From a bacterium (GTDB lineage Bacteria; SAR324; XYD2-FULL-50-16; G965216635), in contig OZ244188.1 in the NCBI GenBank assembly GCA_965216635.1, forward strand, positions 1,408,001 through 1,472,000: a DNA stretch of 64,000 nt, given 5' to 3'. Below the pieces are notes generated by a model. The model was given only the letters and a program-made list of their open reading frames with translations, was not told the origin of the DNA and ran no database searches. The position numbers and the translations under genes are program-made. How positions within the stretch are numbered: the stretch's first letter is position 1; each line of letters starts with the position of its first letter. Of the stretch, positions 59,198-64,000 are shown in pieces.

Positions 59198-60753
59198 TTT
59201 TATCTTTTACTAATTTTTGGGGTCAAAATAAGCCTCATTCATCTCCAACACAACCGCCTCACTCATATCCGAATCTTCTTATCTACAAAGCTATCCTTGT
59301 AGGGATTTTACAGGGACTTTATTTTTTACCTTTCCCTAGTGCTTGGGCTTTCATTTCTTTTTTTTTATTCCTTTTGCATTGCTGGTTTTTGGTAGATTTA
59401 TTTTTCCAATCTAAAAACCTTAAAAAATTATTATTTTTCAGCTACCTTTTTTTATTACCCTCTTGTGCTATCCGCTATGGCTGGATTTTTTCTAGTCTTT
59501 GGGCTTATGGAGACTACAGCCAACCCGTTTTATTTTTCTTTTATCTTTTAGGAGTTCATTGGATAGTATTTATTCATCTGGTTTGTTTTGGGGCAACATT
59601 TTTTATTCTCCGAAGAACCACCGCTCTATTTTTCAAAAAAAAAATCGCGACCTATTCTAAAATCACAATTTATATTATCAGCTATTTTGCTGCAAGACTC
59701 TTATTAGACATCTCTTATGTGCCTGGTGGAGAATGGGTAGAAAATCCTTTTTTAGGAAATTTATTAGCACCGTCTTTTTTAGTTTTAGGCTCGCATATTT
59801 TAGATAGTTGGGTTTATTTTCTGACTTTGGTGGTTCTTTTTAGCGTTCAAAAAAAAACGCTCCCTAAAGCATTTTTGCTAGCTATTTTTTTTATTGTTTT
59901 AGTTATAGCTGTCACAGGTTTTTTTTATAAAAACACCTCTGCTAGCCAGCAGCAAATAAAATTCGCACTGATTACAAAAAGATTTATCCATCCAAAAGAA
60001 TTAGAAAATTTTATTAAAAAACAAAAAAATTCTTCTATAAACCTTTGGATAACCGCCGAAACTGCGGTAGATTTTTATCTGGAGACAGATAACTTTCTAT
60101 CAAAATTGCATAGTATTTTACCTAAAAACCAAGTATGGGTGATCGGAGCGAAAAAAAAAGAATTGGGTGAAAATCAATTTTTTTATTATAACTCAGCTTA
60201 TTTTATTGAAGCGAAAAATTTCACAAATAGACATTATAAAAAAGAGCTATTAGTGCCTTTTGCCGAATACATCCCCTCTTGGGCGAATTTTTTAAAAATA
60301 AATCCTTTAGTCAACTTGGGGCATCTATATCAATCCGCTCCAAAAAAAAATATTGGCTCTGTATTTCAATGGAAAGATAAAAACATTGCTCTAGGGATTT
60401 GTTTTGAAGAATATTTTGATAATTGGTATTTTTCAAAAAAACAGCCTGTAGCTATGTATATTTTTCTAAACAGTGAAACTTTTTTTAATAAATGGGGAAA
60501 GCATTTTTTAAAAAACACAGCAGCGAGCAAAGCCAAACAGTGGAATGCTCCTAGTTTAAGAACGACTTTTTCGGGTTATTCTGGTTTTTGGCAATCTGCA
60601 AAAGCAGGAAAGGCTTCACAGGAAAAAAATTTTCTTACTGGAGAAATTTTTTTAAATTCAAAAAGTAGTATTTTCCTTTCTTTTGGGAAAATCATTCATA
60701 GCTTAAATTTTTTATTTTTTGTATGTTTGCTATTACTAACTAAAGAAAAATGA
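59191..60753 (+). CDS. lnt: Apolipoprotein N-acyltransferase
   Basis: Multi-TM N-terminus, AETA, YYNSA, Y.K..LVPFAEYIP, ICFE. Confidence 0.85.
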   Translation: MVILSFTNFWGQNKPHSSPTQPPHSYPNLLIYKAILVGILQGLYFLPFPSAWAFISFFLFLLHCWFLVDLFFQSKNLKKLLFFSYLFLLPSCAIRYGWIFSSLWAYGDYSQPVLFFFYLLGVHWIVFIHLVCFGATFFILRRTTALFFKKKIATYSKITIYIISYFAARLLLDISYVPGGEWVENPFLGNLLAPSFLVLGSHILDSWVYFLTLVVLFSVQKKTLPKAFLLAIFFIVLVIAVTGFFYKNTSASQQQIKFALITKRFIHPKELENFIKKQKNSSINLWITAETAVDFYLETDNFLSKLHSILPKNQVWVIGAKKKELGENQFFYYNSAYFIEAKNFTNRHYKKELLVPFAEYIPSWANFLKINPLVNLGHLYQSAPKKNIGSVFQWKDKNIALGICFEEYFDNWYFSKKQPVAMYIFLNSETFFNKWGKHFLKNTAASKAKQWNAPSLRTTFSGYSGFWQSAKAGKASQEKNFLTGEIFLNSKSSIFLSFGKIIHSLNFLFFVCLLLLTKEK

Positions 60754-62465
60754 ATCAAGATATTTACCGAGCACTACTGCAGAAAAAAAAGAAGCTAGAG
60801 TCTACCACTTTGGAACAACTTTTTAAAAAAGATAAAAATAGAGAAGAAAAGTTTAGTTTTCAAAGAGACGGGTTGCTCTTTGATTTTTCAAAAAACTTGC
60901 TTGATTCGGAAGTTTTACAAATTTTTGAAAAACAAAGCCAAAAAATTCAACTCCAAGTATCCATTGAAAAAATGTTTTCGGGAGAAAAAATCAACCATAC
61001 AGAAAATAATTCTGTTTTGCATATAGCCCTCAGAAAAAACCACCAGCAAAAAAACCACCAGCAAAAAAACCAGCAGCAGAAAAACTATTCCTTAACTCAA
61101 GACGAAACCTCCATAGATAAATTTGTGGCAGACGAGCTGCAAAAAATGAAATCCTTTTGCCAAAAACTACAAACAGGAGTCTTAAAAGGTAGCACTGGAA
61201 AAAAAATAAACACCCTAGTGCATATTGGTATAGGAGGCTCATTTTGGGGAATGAAAATGACTACTTTTGCTTTAAAATCATTCCAAACGAACAATATTAA
61301 ATTTTTTTTTGCATCGCACTTATCAGGTAACGACTTGTCTTGCCTTAATGAATGCAACCCCGAACAAACTCTTTTTTTGATCTGCTCTAAAACATTTCAA
61401 ACAGAAGAAACGATTTGCAACGCACTACTTGCTAAAGAATGGTTACAAAATTCTCTACAAGATAAGTTTATTTTTGCAAAGCACTTTGTGGCAATCACTG
61501 CCGAAACGAAAAAAGCCCTTGAGTTTGGTATGGCGGAGGAATCTATCTTTGCTATAAAAAGTTGGGTTGGCGGTAGGTTTTCTGTTTCTTCTGCTATGAA
61601 TTTGATTTTAATGACAAAGGTTGGGTATCAGAATTTCAAGGAATTTTTAGCGGGAATGAATTTAGAAGATGAGGCGTTTTTAAAAACCCCATTTTTGCAA
61701 AACATTCCAATTCTGCTAGCTTGGATTGGAATCTGGTATAGAAATTTTTGGGATTTTCCCAGCCTCGCTATTTTACCCTACTCGCAAGAATTGAAACATT
61801 TGCCTAATTACTTGCAACAACTAGAAATGGAAAGTAATGGAAAATCCATCACTCGCAGTGGAGAGAAATTATCGCACCCTACCTCTCCAGTAATTTTCGG
61901 ACAAATAGGTACAGATTTTCAGCATTCTTTCGTTCAGTTTTTATCCCAAGGCACAGGCTCAATCCCTTGCGATTTTATTGCTTTTGCTACGGCTTGCGGT
62001 GAAAATTCATTGACGAAAAAAGAAATGGCTTTGGAAAGACACCAAAGACTTATTTCCCATTTTTTTTCTCAGCAGCTGGCGTTGGCTTTTGGAACATCGG
62101 CATTTGGAACATCGGCATTTGAAACGGGCAATTCAGAAAAAGAAACTTTAGAAGAACCTTTTGCAAAATTTAAACAATTAGAAGGAAACCGCCCTAGCCA
62201 ATGTCTTTTTTTTGATAGACTTACTCCTAAAAATCTAGGTCGCTTGATTGCAATTTACGAACACAAGGTTTTTGTGCAAGGACTTTTGTGGGATATTTTT
62301 TCTTTTGATCAGTGGGGAGTAGAACAAGGCAAACGGCTAGCTAAAAAAATACTACCTCATTTACAAAAAAAAGAAAAAATATCAGCGGACTACAGAATCA
62401 AAAAACAAGCAGATTTTTTCCAGCACCATTTTTTTGAAACCAAAAATAAGCCTTTCAAATTATGA
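60750..62465 (+). CDS. pgi: Glucose-6-phosphate isomerase
   Basis: VLHIALR, IGIGGS, SKTF.T.ET, VGGRFS, QQLEMESNGK, FDQWGVE. Confidence 0.96.
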   Translation: MNQDIYRALLQKKKKLESTTLEQLFKKDKNREEKFSFQRDGLLFDFSKNLLDSEVLQIFEKQSQKIQLQVSIEKMFSGEKINHTENNSVLHIALRKNHQQKNHQQKNQQQKNYSLTQDETSIDKFVADELQKMKSFCQKLQTGVLKGSTGKKINTLVHIGIGGSFWGMKMTTFALKSFQTNNIKFFFASHLSGNDLSCLNECNPEQTLFLICSKTFQTEETICNALLAKEWLQNSLQDKFIFAKHFVAITAETKKALEFGMAEESIFAIKSWVGGRFSVSSAMNLILMTKVGYQNFKEFLAGMNLEDEAFLKTPFLQNIPILLAWIGIWYRNFWDFPSLAILPYSQELKHLPNYLQQLEMESNGKSITRSGEKLSHPTSPVIFGQIGTDFQHSFVQFLSQGTGSIPCDFIAFATACGENSLTKKEMALERHQRLISHFFSQQLALAFGTSAFGTSAFETGNSEKETLEEPFAKFKQLEGNRPSQCLFFDRLTPKNLGRLIAIYEHKVFVQGLLWDIFSFDQWGVEQGKRLAKKILPHLQKKEKISADYRIKKQADFFQHHFFETKNKPFKL

Positions 62466-63443
62466 TTTTGGTGTTTGTGGAGGAAGAGGATTTTGTTGTA
62501 GCACAACCTGTTGCTTAGATTTTATCCATCTGTTTTGATCACTAATAATAAATTTAAAAACAGGAGTACTTTCAAACATTATTGTCATAATATGGTAGGC
62601 TTCTAAAACAGCTTCTTGTAAGTTTTGATTATCTTCTAAAGGAGACACTGTTAACCCCAATTCTTCTAATTTTTTTATACTAATCCTCTGCCCGTGCATA
62701 TGGATTGTGCCAAATTTAGTTTTTTCTGCATTAAAGTATTTTGCAATATTTCCAATTTTCTCTTTTCTTTCCTTTTCTCCAACTTCTTTAAACATTCTTT
62801 TATTGAGCCAGCCCACAACCAAACTTTTACTATACTTTAAGGCTTTTTCTGCTTCTATAATGAGCGAAGGTCCCATTTGTTGTAAAATAGGAGCCCACAA
62901 ATGTCCTAATTTGGTATTACTTTCAATATCTTTTTTTGCGTTTGCAAAACCTTCTTTGATTGCTCTAGCAGAATGATTTTTTCCTACTCCAATAAACTGA
63001 GGATCTATAGGTCCCAGTTGGCTCTGCTTACCTAGTATTAAAGAATCACTAGCCAAACTAATCATTGCACCACCTGACATTGCAAAATAAGGAACAATGA
63101 CTGTTATATTCTCAAATTTAGAATGTAAATAGTCTACAATAGTTTCTACAGCATTAATATTTCCACCAGGTGTGTGAAGAATTAAAACAAGATTTTTGTT
63201 TTTTGACGAAGTACCCTTTTGAGGGTTATAGAGAGCATTCATAAATCCATTGACATCCTCTGAATCAATACTCACTTCTGGTATGTTTTTTTTCTGCAGA
63301 AAAGCTGAAGCATAAAAAATAACATCCGCATTTTTAAAATTTTCTAATATCTTGTTTAACTTTTTTTCTAAATTACCAAAAATCCATTTGGATTTATCTT
63401 TAGCTTGCTGAAAGTCGTTTAATAACTCACTCCACGATGCCAT
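62460..63443 (-). CDS. SDH-family Clp-fold serine protease (S49-like), second copy
   Basis: LILHTPGG...A.E, AMSGGAM, LGPIDPQ, HG. Confidence 0.88.
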   Translation of the reverse strand: MASWSELLNDFQQAKDKSKWIFGNLEKKLNKILENFKNADVIFYASAFLQKKNIPEVSIDSEDVNGFMNALYNPQKGTSSKNKNLVLILHTPGGNINAVETIVDYLHSKFENITVIVPYFAMSGGAMISLASDSLILGKQSQLGPIDPQFIGVGKNHSARAIKEGFANAKKDIESNTKLGHLWAPILQQMGPSLIIEAEKALKYSKSLVVGWLNKRMFKEVGEKERKEKIGNIAKYFNAEKTKFGTIHMHGQRISIKKLEELGLTVSPLEDNQNLQEAVLEAYHIMTIMFESTPVFKFIISDQNRWIKSKQQVVLQQNPLPPQTPKS

Positions 63444-63627
63444 CTTTTAAAATTTTAGTTGTTGTTATTACAGGATAATCATAAGCACCTGCAGAATTTA
63501 TTTCTTCTTTGTTTTGAGCAGTAGGGAGGTCATAAAGCCCGCTAACCTCTATGTATTCCTGATACTGCTTTTTTACTCTTTCTAGTGTTTTTAGATAATC
63601 CTCTTTAACATTATATTTTTTTTTCAT
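63427..63627 (-). CDS. Small hypothetical protein coupled to downstream protease
   Basis: 66-aa ORF with 17-nt overlap, same layout as 21074-22214. Confidence 0.6.
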   Translation of the reverse strand: MKKKYNVKEDYLKTLERVKKQYQEYIEVSGLYDLPTAQNKEEINSAGAYDYPVITTTKILKDGIVE

Positions 63628-63708
63628 TTTATTATTGTTGGTTAGTTAAGAATTAGCAAATAGGGTTCATTTTATCATAAAAAAAAAAATTATTACAATA
63701 AAAAAAAG

Positions 63709-64000
63709 CTAATTCAGTAAATATTTTAATAGCTCAAAAACCAAAATTCCAGCAACAACAGTGATTAAAAGATTTCTTGTAATTAAACCTATGAGTATAG
63801 TAATCACTCCCGCCCAAGTGTGAACGTCACTAAAATGCGGTAGCCATTTGCCATCGGCAAGTAAAATTTCCTTGAAAAACAAAGCAGAAATCACAACTGC
63901 TGGAACCTGTTTTAACCAAATTTTTGTTTTTTTAGATAACCTGACTTTTTCTGCAAAAATTAAAGGCAACACCCTAGGAACAATTGTCACTAGCATACAG
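63709..64000 (-). CDS. AzlD-family membrane protein (5' end probably beyond the window)
   Basis: TIVPRVLP, WL..VP.VVISAL, TRNLL.TV..G. Confidence 0.82.
   Translation of the reverse strand, partial: CMLVTIVPRVLPLIFAEKVRLSKKTKIWLKQVPAVVISALFFKEILLADGKWLPHFSDVHTWAGVITILIGLITRNLLITVVAGILVFELLKYLLN

Noticed and set aside
2187..62976. Numerous 60-126 aa ORFs nested in or antisense to long genes
   Set aside because: They overlap confidently assigned genes and show no recognisable motifs
1..64000. Alternative genetic code
   Set aside because: Conserved genes are full length under the standard code and end at TAA, TAG and TGA

Overview
AT-rich bacterial chromosomal segment from a Gram-negative organism (waaA, skp, lnt). 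It is probably marine, given the DMSP demethylase dmdA. Host association and a deltaproteobacterial/SAR324-like lineage are weak inferences only. The backbone is housekeeping (ilvC, waaA, cyaY, skp, fabZ, glyA, rpiB, pepN, hisI, nuoEFG, gpmI, yajC-secDF, argS, trpGD, three tRNAs, clpB, lnt, pgi), but conserved operons are broken into fragments. At least a dozen copies or remnants of a modular palindromic MITE-like element lie between genes. The accessory layer includes: (1) two paralogous outer-membrane proteins (7005-8408 and 48601-49956) with a conserved beta-barrel scaffold and two large hypervariable inserts, the second copy bracketed by two direct-repeat REP-like palindrome arrays; (2) two independent pairs of a small ORF plus an SDH/ClpP-fold serine protease, both with a 17-nt overlap; (3) three restriction-modification loci, two associated with 77-bp duplications and one with a frameshifted endonuclease; (4) a truncated HATPase + STAS-like + membrane protein module, a Fic protein, an orphan ParA-like ATPase and a Cre-like recombinase embedded in a housekeeping operon. 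Short in-frame tandem duplications are strikingly frequent in coding regions. All family assignments are from motif recognition by eye; no searches were run.
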